Part shown: piece by piece, positions 19,290-28,793 of the stretch
Layout of the letters: every line of letters starts with the position of its first letter
Numbering within the stretch: position 1 is the stretch's first letter
From: a virus
Lineage: Duplodnaviria > Caudoviricetes
Direction: 5' to 3' (one strand)
Virus record (IMG/VR): IMGVR_UViG_3300012211_000001
Span: 1-52,326 of that record
Length of the DNA: 52,326 nucleotides
Program-made: the position numbers and the translations under genes
The notes under the pieces: generated by a model
The model's database searches: none
The model's input: the letters and a program-made list of their open reading frames with translations, nothing else
What the model was told of the DNA's origin: nothing

Positions 19290-19850
19290 ATTCCGTTCGC
19301 CGGATACGCGGACTTCGCCGCTTGTGTCAAGGCGAACAGCAGCAAGAAAAACCCGAAAGCGTATTGCGGTGCGGTTCAAGCAGCGGTCGAAAAACTCGAA
19401 AAGGACTACTTGGCCATGGATGCACTGATGGACAAAAAAGTCGAATCCATGTCTCCAAAGCAGTTCGTCATCGCCAAGGTCGATGAAGCCCAACGCCTCG
19501 TGTTCGGCTGGGCGTCCGTCGCCAAAGACGCGTCGGGGAACATTCTCGAAGACCTCCAAGGCGATATCGTGACCATGGATGAACTCGAACCCGCAGCCTA
19601 CGATTTCGTCCTCCATTCTCGTGTGGGGACTGACTTGCATCCCACCGATGACGTAGCCAAAGGGCAACTCGTTGAATCGCTAGTGGTGACGCCCGATAAG
19701 CTTACTGCCATGGGCCTCAAAGCCGACACCGCTCCCCAGGGGGCGTGGTGGGTGGGATTCAAGTTCGACCCCGAGACGTTCGCTAAAGTCCGTGCAGGTG
19801 ACCGGACGATGTTCTCGATCAAAGGTGCTGCCGAGCGGGTGGAGGTCTGA
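19290..19850 (+). CDS. XkdF-like prohead protease, probable ATT start
   Basis: QRLVFGWASV, DLQGD, H, VES, WWVGFK, FSIKG; N-terminal (M)PFAGYADFAACV..N...PKAYC extension. Confidence 0.8.
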   Translation: MPFAGYADFAACVKANSSKKNPKAYCGAVQAAVEKLEKDYLAMDALMDKKVESMSPKQFVIAKVDEAQRLVFGWASVAKDASGNILEDLQGDIVTMDELEPAAYDFVLHSRVGTDLHPTDDVAKGQLVESLVVTPDKLTAMGLKADTAPQGAWWVGFKFDPETFAKVRAGDRTMFSIKGAAERVEV

Positions 19851-20698
19851 TGGCGAAGAAACTACGGAAGATGCGGATCGACGCCATTGGCTTGGTAGAC
19901 AAAGGTGCCAACCAAGATGCCATGATCGTGATCGCCAAACGGCATATCATCAAAGACGGTGCCGATGAAGGTCCGCCCTGTCCGATTGACGGGGAAGATC
20001 ACAAAAAGTCCGAACATGAAGCGGCCATGAAGGCCAAGTCCATGAAGAAAGAGGCATCGATGGATACCCAAGCAACGGAAGCCCTCCAAAAGGAAATTGC
20101 CGATCTCAAAGTTGAGCGTGATCGGGCCACCAAGGAGTTGGCTGACTTGAAGGGCTCTGGAACACTCTCCTCGGATACCGAAACGCTGAAGCGCCAGTAT
20201 GACGCGACGCAGCAGGAGTTGGAGAAGACACGCGACGATCTCCGCAAGCAACTGGAGGCTTCCCAGAAGGAAGCCGATGCTATGAAGGCGGAGAATGAGA
20301 AAATCTTCAAACAGCGTCGCCGGGAGCGCTTCGTCAAACGGGCGGCGGATTTGAAGTATCTCCCCGGAGCCCCAGCGGACGACTTCGCAGAGTTCCTTGA
20401 CGATGTAGAGAAATCTATCGGGGAGAAGCGATTCACGAAGTTTCTGAATCAATTGGATGCCTGGAATACGAATCTCGAAAAGAGTTACGTCTTCAAGGAA
20501 CTAGGCGCTGGAGGCGGGGGCGAATATAGTCTCGCTGGCCCCGAAGCGCAGCTCGATCTCATGGCCAAGGAATTGGCTGCCAAGGATACGAAGTTGTCCT
20601 ATCACCAAGCCTACAACAAAGTGCTGGATACGCCCGAAGGCCGGGCGATCTATAAGCGCCACGTTGCGGAAACCCGTAACCGGAATCAGGAGCGCTAG
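19850..20698 (+). CDS. Scaffold-like coiled-coil protein
   Basis: IGLVDKGANQDA N-terminus, K/E-rich coiled coil, upstream of capsid genes. Confidence 0.75.
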   Translation: MAKKLRKMRIDAIGLVDKGANQDAMIVIAKRHIIKDGADEGPPCPIDGEDHKKSEHEAAMKAKSMKKEASMDTQATEALQKEIADLKVERDRATKELADLKGSGTLSSDTETLKRQYDATQQELEKTRDDLRKQLEASQKEADAMKAENEKIFKQRRRERFVKRAADLKYLPGAPADDFAEFLDDVEKSIGEKRFTKFLNQLDAWNTNLEKSYVFKELGAGGGGEYSLAGPEAQLDLMAKELAAKDTKLSYHQAYNKVLDTPEGRAIYKRHVAETRNRNQER

Positions 20699-20700
20699 CC

Positions 20701-21117
20701 ATGGCCTACGAGATACCGCTGTTCGATGTATCGGCGCTGGCAACGGTGCCGATCATTCAGTACCGGCTGGTGAAGTTCTCCGGCGCGGGGATCAAACACA
20801 CGACCAATTTGGCCCACCGCTCGCTTGGGGTGGCCCAACAGAGCGGTACGACCTCTCCACAGACCATGGTGAGCGTTCGCACCTTCGGGGTGACCAAGGT
20901 CGAAGCTTCCAGTGGTGCGGTGACATTCGGCGCAGTACTCTCGCCGACTTCAGGAGCGGTTTCGACTGCCTCGCGTCTCGGGGGAACGGTCAAGGTCTCG
21001 ACCGCGCCCAAGACTTCGTATGTGATCGGCTATGCCATGACCACCGCTGCGGCGGGGACCGGGCGTCGGATCATCTCGATGCTGCTGACTCACGCCGGTT
21101 TCGCGACCACCGCATGA
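20701..21117 (+). CDS. Capsid cement/decoration protein (DUF2190-like) 1
   Basis: YRLVK..GVAQ..VRTFGVTKVEA..IGYAM. Confidence 0.75.
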   Translation: MAYEIPLFDVSALATVPIIQYRLVKFSGAGIKHTTNLAHRSLGVAQQSGTTSPQTMVSVRTFGVTKVEASSGAVTFGAVLSPTSGAVSTASRLGGTVKVSTAPKTSYVIGYAMTTAAAGTGRRIISMLLTHAGFATTA

Positions 21118-21137
21118 TGACGGGAAAGGACTAAGCG

Positions 21138-22091
21138 ATGCCATTGCCATCCCCACAACAGGTACACATAGATGTACCGTTGTCCAATTTGTCCATCGCC
21201 ATCATGCAGGAGGAGGCCGTCTTTGGCGTGGCGCGCATGGTGTTCCCCAACGTGCCAGTGGACAAGCAATCGAACAAATACTATGTGTGGAAGCAGGAAG
21301 ACTTCTTCCGCACCGATGCAACGAAGCGGGCCCCCGGGGCCGAATCGACCGGCTCGGGCCTCAACGTCTCCAGCTCGTCCTATTACTGCGATGTCTGGGC
21401 CAGTCACTTTGATATCGACCATCAGACCGCCGCGAACGTCGATCTGGCGCTGGATTTGGAACGGGCCGCCGTCGCGAAAGTGACCCGCGATATTCTCATC
21501 CGTGAAGACTTGGATTTCGTCGCCAAATACTTCGCCACCGGGATCTGGAATGCCGATACCCCGGTCGGCATCACTTGGGACAACGTGAACTCGACACCCA
21601 TCGAGGACATCCGCGGCCGCTGGTATGTGATGGTGCAGAACTCCGGGATGATCCCCAGCGATCTGACGCTGGGCCCGAACACCTACAAGCGGCTCCAGGA
21701 TCATCCGGACATCTTGGATCGGATCAAGTACACGCAGACAGCGATCGTCACGAAGGACCTGATTGCGTCCGTACTGGATCTGCGCCGGGTCAATGTGCTG
21801 TTCGGAGTGGCGAATAGCGCAAACGAAGGTGCCGCCACTGGAACATTCGCGTTCAATGCGGGCAACCATGCCCTCCTAACCTATGCGCCTACGGGCCCGG
21901 GCCTCATGGTGCCCTCAGCGGGCTACACGTTCATCTGGACGACTCCAGAGAACAACGCCTATCCGATCGCCATCGCGCGGATTCCGATCCTGTTCCGGAA
22001 GGTCGAGCGGATCGAAGGCGAGACGGCCTTCGCCAATGCAGTCACCGCCAAAGTGCTTGGCGAATTTTTGCCGAGCTGCGTCGCCTCGTGA
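21138..22091 (+). CDS. Major capsid protein
   Basis: VHIDVPLSNLSI, FPNVPVDKQSNKY, HPDILDRIKY, PSAGYTF. Confidence 0.92.
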   Translation: MPLPSPQQVHIDVPLSNLSIAIMQEEAVFGVARMVFPNVPVDKQSNKYYVWKQEDFFRTDATKRAPGAESTGSGLNVSSSSYYCDVWASHFDIDHQTAANVDLALDLERAAVAKVTRDILIREDLDFVAKYFATGIWNADTPVGITWDNVNSTPIEDIRGRWYVMVQNSGMIPSDLTLGPNTYKRLQDHPDILDRIKYTQTAIVTKDLIASVLDLRRVNVLFGVANSANEGAATGTFAFNAGNHALLTYAPTGPGLMVPSAGYTFIWTTPENNAYPIAIARIPILFRKVERIEGETAFANAVTAKVLGEFLPSCVAS

Positions 22092-22288
22092 TCGCGGTCA
22101 AGGATTTCCGCTATTACGATTTCCGCACGAAGCAGAGTGTGGACGTGCATGCGGGCGAATCCCTCGACCCAGATCTCTTAGGTCGCAATAAGGTGGATGT
22201 GGAGAAACTGCAACGCACCAAATTCGTAGACCGTGGTGAGGGGGCGCAGGATCCTCAGCCGCGGAAGAAGCGGGTGCGGAGTCGGTAA
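22088..22288 (+). CDS. Small capsid-associated hypothetical protein
   Basis: GTGA overlap with capsid gene. Confidence 0.55.
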   Translation: MIAVKDFRYYDFRTKQSVDVHAGESLDPDLLGRNKVDVEKLQRTKFVDRGEGAQDPQPRKKRVRSR

Positions 22289-22294
22289 CCGGCT

Positions 22295-22326
22295 GGGGGA
22301 GGCGGTGCCCCGCTCCCCCCCGTTTT
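22295..22326 (+). terminator. Rho-independent terminator
   Basis: GGGGGAGGCGG...CCGCTCCCCC followed by CGTTTT. Confidence 0.65.
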
Positions 22327-22337
22327 CGAGGTGACCT

Positions 22338-22781
22338 ATGGGGTTCCAGAAGTTCACACGCCAGGCACTCGCCCCGGCGTTCAATGAAGAATTGAAGTTC
22401 AACTCGACGGCGGCAATCATTGCGAACCGTGTTGTGAAGCTCATGAACACGGGCAACGTGAAGCACACCACGGGGACCTCCGGCCGTATTGCGGTCGGCG
22501 TTGCGATGAACGGCGCGACGGGCGGTGGCAAGCTCATTAGCGTGCGCTATTCCGGCATCGTGCCCATCGAAGCATCGACGAAAGCCATCGCGATTGGCGA
22601 TGTGCTCCGCTGCACCTCTGGGGCAGCCTCGACGGCTAGTCGCTTGGGTGGAACGGTCCGGACCACGACAGTGAATAACAACATCATCGGGATGGCATTG
22701 ACCAGTGCGGCGGCGGGCGCGACGAAGCGGCTCGTTTCTGTGATGCTCGGCCTCATCGTCAATACGGTGGCGTTGTCATGA
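22338..22781 (+). CDS. Capsid cement/decoration protein (DUF2190-like) 2
   Basis: Paralog of 20701-21117 (KHTT, SGAxSTASRLGGTV). Confidence 0.75.
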   Translation: MGFQKFTRQALAPAFNEELKFNSTAAIIANRVVKLMNTGNVKHTTGTSGRIAVGVAMNGATGGGKLISVRYSGIVPIEASTKAIAIGDVLRCTSGAASTASRLGGTVRTTTVNNNIIGMALTSAAAGATKRLVSVMLGLIVNTVALS

Positions 22782-23887
22782 CCTGGACCCGCACGCGAGA
22801 TCATTGCGCGATCCTCGGCTTTACGCAGCACAACTTCGCCGCGCCGTGGGGGCAGCCCGATTGGGATTTCAAAGGGCTGAATGATCTCCATTCGACCGTG
22901 GCCAATTTCTGGCCGAAGGACAAAGGCGATCCCTTTGCCTCAGGCCAAATCAGCTGGTATCAATTGCACTGGCCCGGGCCCGATGGCGAGTACCCAGGCG
23001 CTCGCGATCCCCAGCACACGAAGTGGTTGATTGAGCAGACGATCTGTCCGATTTGGATGTGGGAACATGATGACCGGATCCCGATGAGTGAAGCCTATCC
23101 CTTGGATCAGGTACTCACGGGAGCCGTCTTACCCACCGGGCAACCGCTATCTCCAGAGGCATACTACAACAACTCGATTTCCTGGATGATCGCCCATGCG
23201 ATTCTCCAAGGCTATCGGACCATCGGGCTCTATGGCGTCGATATGGCCATGGACGGGGTACATGGGGAATCGGAATACGGCTGGCAGCGACCGTCGGTCG
23301 AATACTTCATCGGCATTGCGCGGGGCCTCGGTATCCAAGTGCTCATGCCCCAGCAATCCGAGCTCTTGAAATGCGCCTATCTCTACGGCTACGACAACAA
23401 GATGCATGTTCGCCAGAAGTTGATCGTGCGGATGGAAGAGTTGGAACTCTCCGAAGCGCAAGCGGTGGATCAATATGAGACCACCAAGCGGGCGTTATAT
23501 CAAATCAAGGGGGCATTGCAACTCCTGAGTGGGGATGGACTCCACGAACTCGTGGCAAAGATCAAAGCCGTGATTCCTGAGGACATGCGCAAAGCCGCCG
23601 TGGAGGGATTGCAGAACGATGAGCAACTCGCCACGATGGATCTGGAGGCGGCCAAACGAGCGTTGCACGAGTGCCGCGGGGCCAAGCAGAACAGCAAATG
23701 GGTGCTGAAGAACTACTTCCCTGGCGAAGGGCCGCTACAGGATGTGTATCGCACAGAGCGTAGTCTGATGATTCGAGAAGAAACGGCGGTGGCGCCACCC
23801 CCATCGGATGGGCAACGTCCCGTCAATCGGCTGGCGATGATGGCCCCGTTATTGCCGCTCATCGAAGCGCCGGTGCAGAAGGAGTAA
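22778..23887 (+). CDS. CstII(GT42)/Maf-like putative nonulosonate transferase 2 with C-terminal coiled coil
   Basis: CAILG...LND; SISWMIAHAILQGYRTIGLYGVDM; QRPSVEYFIG; paralog of 14590-15240. Confidence 0.55.
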   Translation: MTWTRTRDHCAILGFTQHNFAAPWGQPDWDFKGLNDLHSTVANFWPKDKGDPFASGQISWYQLHWPGPDGEYPGARDPQHTKWLIEQTICPIWMWEHDDRIPMSEAYPLDQVLTGAVLPTGQPLSPEAYYNNSISWMIAHAILQGYRTIGLYGVDMAMDGVHGESEYGWQRPSVEYFIGIARGLGIQVLMPQQSELLKCAYLYGYDNKMHVRQKLIVRMEELELSEAQAVDQYETTKRALYQIKGALQLLSGDGLHELVAKIKAVIPEDMRKAAVEGLQNDEQLATMDLEAAKRALHECRGAKQNSKWVLKNYFPGEGPLQDVYRTERSLMIREETAVAPPPSDGQRPVNRLAMMAPLLPLIEAPVQKE

Positions 23888-23890
23888 CCG

Positions 23891-24241
23891 ATGCGGATGG
23901 ATCATGTCGGGACGGGAAGTATCCCCTTCAAAGGGGCGACGACCAATTGGTTGATCGCCAAATCCACCTCGCCTTGGTTGTCCTTGGGAGGCGCCTATAA
24001 GCTCTTTACGCTGCAGGCGGCGAAGGGCTCGTCGGTGGCCACGTCTGGCTTTACGGTCAAACTCTTTGGGGCATTGTCCTCGGCCTCCACAGCCCCGCTG
24101 CTCTTAGCCACCTGTACGAGCGCGGCCCGCCGGGCGATCTCAACGGGCAACGTTCCAGTAACATGGATCAAATTCAGTTCCACCAAGTTCACAACGGCCG
24201 CTGGTCGACGCCTCCGTGTCGAAACGTGCGCCCTGCCGTAA
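23891..24241 (+). CDS. Ser/Thr-rich virion protein
   Basis: AGGAG RBS; neck-region context. Confidence 0.6.
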   Translation: MRMDHVGTGSIPFKGATTNWLIAKSTSPWLSLGGAYKLFTLQAAKGSSVATSGFTVKLFGALSSASTAPLLLATCTSAARRAISTGNVPVTWIKFSSTKFTTAAGRRLRVETCALP

Positions 24242-24697
24242 ATGAGCTGGACCTACACGCGGGCCCCCAGTACAGCGAGTTCCGCCGGGCGACGGGATGC
24301 CCTGCGGCTCCTGCTCAATGACCTGACCAGTAGTCGGCCGCTGCGGGCCGATGAAGAACTCGCCTTTGCCCTCAGTCAGCAGAATAACAACATCTATCTG
24401 GCGGCATCCTGGATCTGCGAATCGCTGGCAGATAACGAAGCCGTGCAGACTCGGGTGGGCGACCTCTCAATCGGGGGCGAGAAGCCGAAGAATTATCGTG
24501 AAGCCGCCGCCTGTTATCGGATGCTGGGCATCCGGCGTGGGGTCACAGGGATTATGCCAGCCATGAGTTCGGGGCAAAAGACCGTTTATGTGCAGGATAC
24601 CGATCGGGTACAGCCCGTCTTTACACGCGGGATGATGACGCGCCCTGGGGCACCGGTAGGCATTGAAGGGACCGTCTCCACGGGGCTCACGACGTGA
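24242..24697 (+). CDS. Head-tail adaptor
   Basis: MSWTY...DALRLLLND....DEEL; VGDLSI. Confidence 0.8.
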   Translation: MSWTYTRAPSTASSAGRRDALRLLLNDLTSSRPLRADEELAFALSQQNNNIYLAASWICESLADNEAVQTRVGDLSIGGEKPKNYREAAACYRMLGIRRGVTGIMPAMSSGQKTVYVQDTDRVQPVFTRGMMTRPGAPVGIEGTVSTGLTT

Positions 24698-25026
24698 GTT
24701 TGCAAGCGCGGTTTCTGGATTTGATGCCTGCGACAGTAGCGATTACCCCGTTCCGTCGGTATTCGACGGATGGTTCAGGAGCCTATACTTACACGACGCA
24801 GGCCACAACGTACCGACTCCGACTGACGCGGGCCCTACATATGGATTTCACGCGCGATGGGCAAAGTGTGACGCCGACGCATCGGGCCTGGCTCGCGACG
24901 ACGGCGAACATCGACCCCCGGTCCAAGTTCTTGTATCAGGGGACCACGTTTCGCATCTTGGATGTGCAACGCCAGATGGATGATCGCGTCGGCCATCATA
25001 CCCGTCTCCTGCTCTATGGTGGATAA
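24694..25026 (+). CDS. Head closure/stopper protein
   Basis: Size, synteny, FLDLMPATV...HH motif. Confidence 0.7.
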   Translation: MSLQARFLDLMPATVAITPFRRYSTDGSGAYTYTTQATTYRLRLTRALHMDFTRDGQSVTPTHRAWLATTANIDPRSKFLYQGTTFRILDVQRQMDDRVGHHTRLLLYGG

Positions 25027-25460
25027 TGGCCATCGTGGTCCAAGGGACGGCCGAGATTATCCAGGCATTACAGGCCTTGGGGCCACAGGCGCAGCAGGGG
25101 CTCGCGGCGACGTTGTTCGAGGTGGGTGAGGAGATCATGGCGGATTCCAAGGAGCACTATGTCCCGGTCGATACTGGCGTCCTGCGGGAGAGCGGCTATG
25201 TGGAACCACCGGTGCTGAATGGAACCGAGACCACCGTGGTCTTAGCCTACGGCGGGGCGGCAAGTGCCTATGCATTGCTGGTGCATGAGAACCCGCGGGC
25301 TGGAAAGACTGGTGGGCTCTCTCCCCAAGGAAAGTCCTATAAGCATTGGGCGCGCGTGGGTTCTTGGAAGTTTTTGGAGACCCCGTTCAAGGAAGCTGCT
25401 GGTCGTCTGGTTGAACGTCTTGAAATAGGACTGAAAGCAAAAGTCCGAGCGTTGGGGTGA
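25026..25460 (+). CDS. HK97 gp10-like neck protein
   Basis: VPVDTGVLRES, YALLVHE, KFLETP. Confidence 0.85.
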   Translation: MAIVVQGTAEIIQALQALGPQAQQGLAATLFEVGEEIMADSKEHYVPVDTGVLRESGYVEPPVLNGTETTVVLAYGGAASAYALLVHENPRAGKTGGLSPQGKSYKHWARVGSWKFLETPFKEAAGRLVERLEIGLKAKVRALG

Positions 25461-25465
25461 GCTAA

Positions 25466-25969
25466 ATGCTCAACTTGCATGGTCAACGGTTCGGTCGGCT
25501 AACCGTAACCGCCGCACATCGTCCAGGATGGCACGGGGCCACGCAGTGGTTCTGTAGGTGCGATTGCGGCGAATGGGGATGGTTCCGTACCATGTATCTG
25601 CGAAACAGAGATACGCGATCCTGTGGGTGTCTTAAGCGCGAACTCATGGCGCTACACCGTCAGGACCCCACGACACATGGACACGCCAAGGTCGGGCACC
25701 ATACGCCGACCTATCGAACTTGGAATAACATGCTACAGCGATGCAGCAATCCGACCGTGCCCAACTATGAGCGATATGGGAGGCGCGGCATCGTGGTATG
25801 CGAAGCATGGACAACAAGCTTTGAGAAGTTCTTAGCGGATATGGGCGAGCGTCCCATCGGGACGAGCATTGATCGTATCAATGGTGACGGGAATTATGAG
25901 CCGGGGAATTGCCGCTGGGCCACGCCCAAAGAGCAAGCATCAAATCGTCGCGCACGGAGAGCGGTCTAA
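25466..25969 (+). CDS. HNH homing endonuclease
   Basis: [21 protein letters not shown]; YGRRGI.VC; [20 protein letters not shown]. Confidence 0.9.
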   Translation: MLNLHGQRFGRLTVTAAHRPGWHGATQWFCRCDCGEWGWFRTMYLRNRDTRSCGCLKRELMALHRQDPTTHGHAKVGHHTPTYRTWNNMLQRCSNPTVPNYERYGRRGIVVCEAWTTSFEKFLADMGERPIGTSIDRINGDGNYEPGNCRWATPKEQASNRRARRAV

Positions 25970-26395
25970 ATGTTGCTTCCGGAGCTGGGCAACTATTTGG
26001 TTACCCAAGGGGTGGCCGTCACTGGCTCAACCGCGAAGTGGAGTCTAGGACTTGGGTATGAGCCAGCGACCCCCGATGCGATCATCACCATCACCGAAAC
26101 GGGAGGCTTCCCGCAACAGGAAATCAGCACGCAGTCCCTGGAGCGCCCGACCTTTCAGGTCCGGGTGCGCGGGCCGATCAACCTGGCTGGGAGCTCGGCC
26201 TATGCCCAAGCGCGGAAGAAATTGAATGACGTGATGACCTCGCTGGAGACCGTGATGAATAAGAGCATCGGCTCTCCGGCGTGGCGCTATGTGCATATTC
26301 GGCGGCAGGGCGAGCCGCTGAGTCTGGGATTCGACAACACCAATCGCCCTTCGGTGGCCGTCAATTTCGCGGCTATCCGGTCGCGGACATCGTAA
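25970..26395 (+). CDS. Tail terminator protein
   Basis: ETGG..RPTFQVRVRG..LGFDNTNRP. Confidence 0.8.
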   Translation: MLLPELGNYLVTQGVAVTGSTAKWSLGLGYEPATPDAIITITETGGFPQQEISTQSLERPTFQVRVRGPINLAGSSAYAQARKKLNDVMTSLETVMNKSIGSPAWRYVHIRRQGEPLSLGFDNTNRPSVAVNFAAIRSRTS

Positions 26396-26413
26396 GCAGA
26401 CAGGGAGGGTAGT

Positions 26414-26848
26414 ATGGCGACCGCAGCACTCACGGGACGGGCTGGCGCACTCTACGCCAGCACCAACCTTGCACAAGCCACCAGTTCCATGACGCGCGTA
26501 GCGGAATTGCAGGATGTGACGCTGACCGTCAATGGCAAGACGATTGATGTCACGAGTCACGATTCCTCTGGTTGGATGGAGAATCTGCTGGGGATTCGGG
26601 ACTGGAAAGTCGCCGGGAAAGTCAACTACATCTCGACCGGCGCTGGGCAGAAAATCTTTGCCGTACAACTCACCGCGTCGGCGCCATTGTCCGTGCGGGT
26701 GAGCGTCGCGGCGACGACATCCAAGACCGCGCGACTCTGGGTCGGCAATGGTAAGGTGACGAAGTTCGAGCACTCCTTGCCCACGGATAAGTCCATTGTG
26801 GGCACACTGGAACTTGTCGGCACGGGTGCGATCACGAGGACTTCATGA
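26414..26848 (+). CDS. Tail tube (major tail) protein
   Basis: IDVTSHDSSGWMENLLGIRDW; GTGAIT. Confidence 0.88.
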   Translation: MATAALTGRAGALYASTNLAQATSSMTRVAELQDVTLTVNGKTIDVTSHDSSGWMENLLGIRDWKVAGKVNYISTGAGQKIFAVQLTASAPLSVRVSVAATTSKTARLWVGNGKVTKFEHSLPTDKSIVGTLELVGTGAITRTS

Positions 26849-27249
26849 CCGCCGTGCGGGCGGTCCCACTTACCTTGGGGGGTCGGGAGTGGCAACTCCG
26901 CTGTACGCTCGGGGCTATGGCGGCGGTGGAAGATCGAGGCCAAACGTGGAGCAGTCTGCTTGAGCGGCTGAAGGAAACGCCCCCCTCTTTGCGGGTGACC
27001 CAACTCTTGATCTGGGCACTGCTCCAAGATCATGATGACCCCCCGACGGTGGCTCAGGTGGGGCGGTGGGTCGATCCGGCGAATCTCCCAGAGGTGCTCG
27101 AAGCGGTCGGGTCGGCGTTACGGGCGGCATTCCCTGAGAAGCCCAAGGAAGTAAAGTCGGACCCTCCGCTGGCGCCTGGGACTGGGAGCAGATCCGCCAA
27201 CTCGCCTTTGGCCCGCTCGCCCTCGCGCCCGATTCCTTCTGGCGTCTAA
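26845..27249 (+). CDS. Tail assembly chaperone (G)
   Basis: LTLGGREWQLRCTLGAMAAVE; between tube and tape measure. Confidence 0.8.
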   Translation: MTAVRAVPLTLGGREWQLRCTLGAMAAVEDRGQTWSSLLERLKETPPSLRVTQLLIWALLQDHDDPPTVAQVGRWVDPANLPEVLEAVGSALRAAFPEKPKEVKSDPPLAPGTGSRSANSPLARSPSRPIPSGV

Positions 27250-27524
27250 CCCCGCGCGAATTCCTCGAACTCTCTGAGGGCTATCGCTGGCGGGATACGC
27301 ACGTCCAAGAACAGTGTGCGTGGATGGTCATGCATTTCCTCGCCCCCTTTACAGATACCGTATTGACGGTGGATAAGCTCTTAGGACGGGAAGCACCAGT
27401 GATTGTTGAGGAGAATGCGGTGTTTGACAAGTTGCTCGGAGTGACGGCGACGCTGGATGAAGAGCCGTATCAGCGGGTAATGGCGAAGATCGCCGCGCGG
27501 CGGAAAGAGGAAGCGCATGGCTGA
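27138..27524 (+). CDS. Tail assembly chaperone T-frame, likely made by -1 frameshift (GT)
   Basis: -1 frame open from 27138, encodes FWRLTPREF before any ATG. Confidence 0.7.
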   Translation, partial: EAQGSKVGPSAGAWDWEQIRQLAFGPLALAPDSFWRLTPREFLELSEGYRWRDTHVQEQCAWMVMHFLAPFTDTVLTVDKLLGREAPVIVEENAVFDKLLGVTATLDEEPYQRVMAKIAARRKEEAHG

Positions 27525-28779
27525 CTTGGGGGATGTGGTCGTCAAGTTAACGGCGGATGTCGGGCAATTTCAGACGGGGTTTAATCAAGCCACGACTTCG
27601 CTGCAAAACTTCCAGAACACCACAACAACCGCCACGGCGGGAAACCGCACCTTCTATGAGGGGGTAGAGCAAGCGGGAATTTTCGCTACAGGGTCTGAGC
27701 GCGGGATTCGGCGGATGGAAATGGCCCTTGGGGGCATCGCCGCCCAAACGGTAGGTGCCAGCCATGGCATGGGGCTCTTGACCGAAAGTCTATTGCTGTT
27801 CTCTGGGGGCTCGGCGATTGCCATCGGTGTGCTGGCAGGGATCGTGGCGATTACGGAAGCCTTCCAACTCATGAGTGCGGAGGCCACGGCTGATAGCGAG
27901 GCGACCAAAGCCCTCACTAAAGAACTCGATAAACTGGGCGAGCATGCGAAAGTTACCTCGCTCCAAATCCAAATCTCCGAACTTGAGCGGCTCCGGGATG
28001 ATCCCTCATTCTTCGAGCGGGCGAAGCAGATTGGGAAGGAATTCTTCCAGAGTCTCATCGGGGGAGCAGAGAGCACGGATGTGGGGATTCGGGAAGCCCT
28101 GAATCGGCAAATCGCGACGCTCACCAATGAAATGGCGCGGGCGCAAGAGAAGTGGAATGATCATGTCGAGCATGCCGTGGAAGTCACGGCTCGTCAGAAT
28201 GACGAATTGGAACAGATGGCTGATCGGCTAGATAAACTCCAGCCCCGAATGGATGCTGCCGCGCAAGCATATGTCAACTTTATCAATTCCACGGAAGCGG
28301 GGCGTGCCCTGGAATCCAAGGCATTTCGGGATGTGGTGGATAATGCGGGCCGCGAAATCGACCGCGTCATTGCCGAAGGCCAGCGGATCTTTGATCGTGA
28401 TCTTGCCGAAACCAATCGGCTGGCGCAACGCTGGGGAGATCGGATCGGGCGGGACCTTGCCCAGGCCATCATGAATGGCTTCAGCGATATGCAGGGCTTG
28501 ATGAAGCGCGTCTTCGAACAAGTCCTCAGCTATGCCTTGGGGCAATTCTTTGGCTCGATTTTCAAGGGGACCATAGGTGGAGGTGGGATTGGTACGGTGG
28601 GTGCTGATGCCTCTGGCGGGGGGATTAGTGGTTCACGAATGGCGGGAGGAGCAGTGACGCTGGATATGTCAAAAGTCTCGCCCTTGACGGCCTTTGCCGT
28701 CGCCCGAGATCCGGGGTTCCAAGAAGTGCTGCGGGCAGCGATCCTCGTGGCGAACCAGTCCGGGTTTCGGACTCCCTAG
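27517..28779 (+). CDS. Tape measure protein (short, 420 aa)
   Basis: LGDVVVKLTADVGQF start; helical A/G-rich; synteny. Confidence 0.85.
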   Translation: MADLGDVVVKLTADVGQFQTGFNQATTSLQNFQNTTTTATAGNRTFYEGVEQAGIFATGSERGIRRMEMALGGIAAQTVGASHGMGLLTESLLLFSGGSAIAIGVLAGIVAITEAFQLMSAEATADSEATKALTKELDKLGEHAKVTSLQIQISELERLRDDPSFFERAKQIGKEFFQSLIGGAESTDVGIREALNRQIATLTNEMARAQEKWNDHVEHAVEVTARQNDELEQMADRLDKLQPRMDAAAQAYVNFINSTEAGRALESKAFRDVVDNAGREIDRVIAEGQRIFDRDLAETNRLAQRWGDRIGRDLAQAIMNGFSDMQGLMKRVFEQVLSYALGQFFGSIFKGTIGGGGIGTVGADASGGGISGSRMAGGAVTLDMSKVSPLTAFAVARDPGFQEVLRAAILVANQSGFRTP

Positions 28780-28793
28780 ATGTCTCGCATCCT

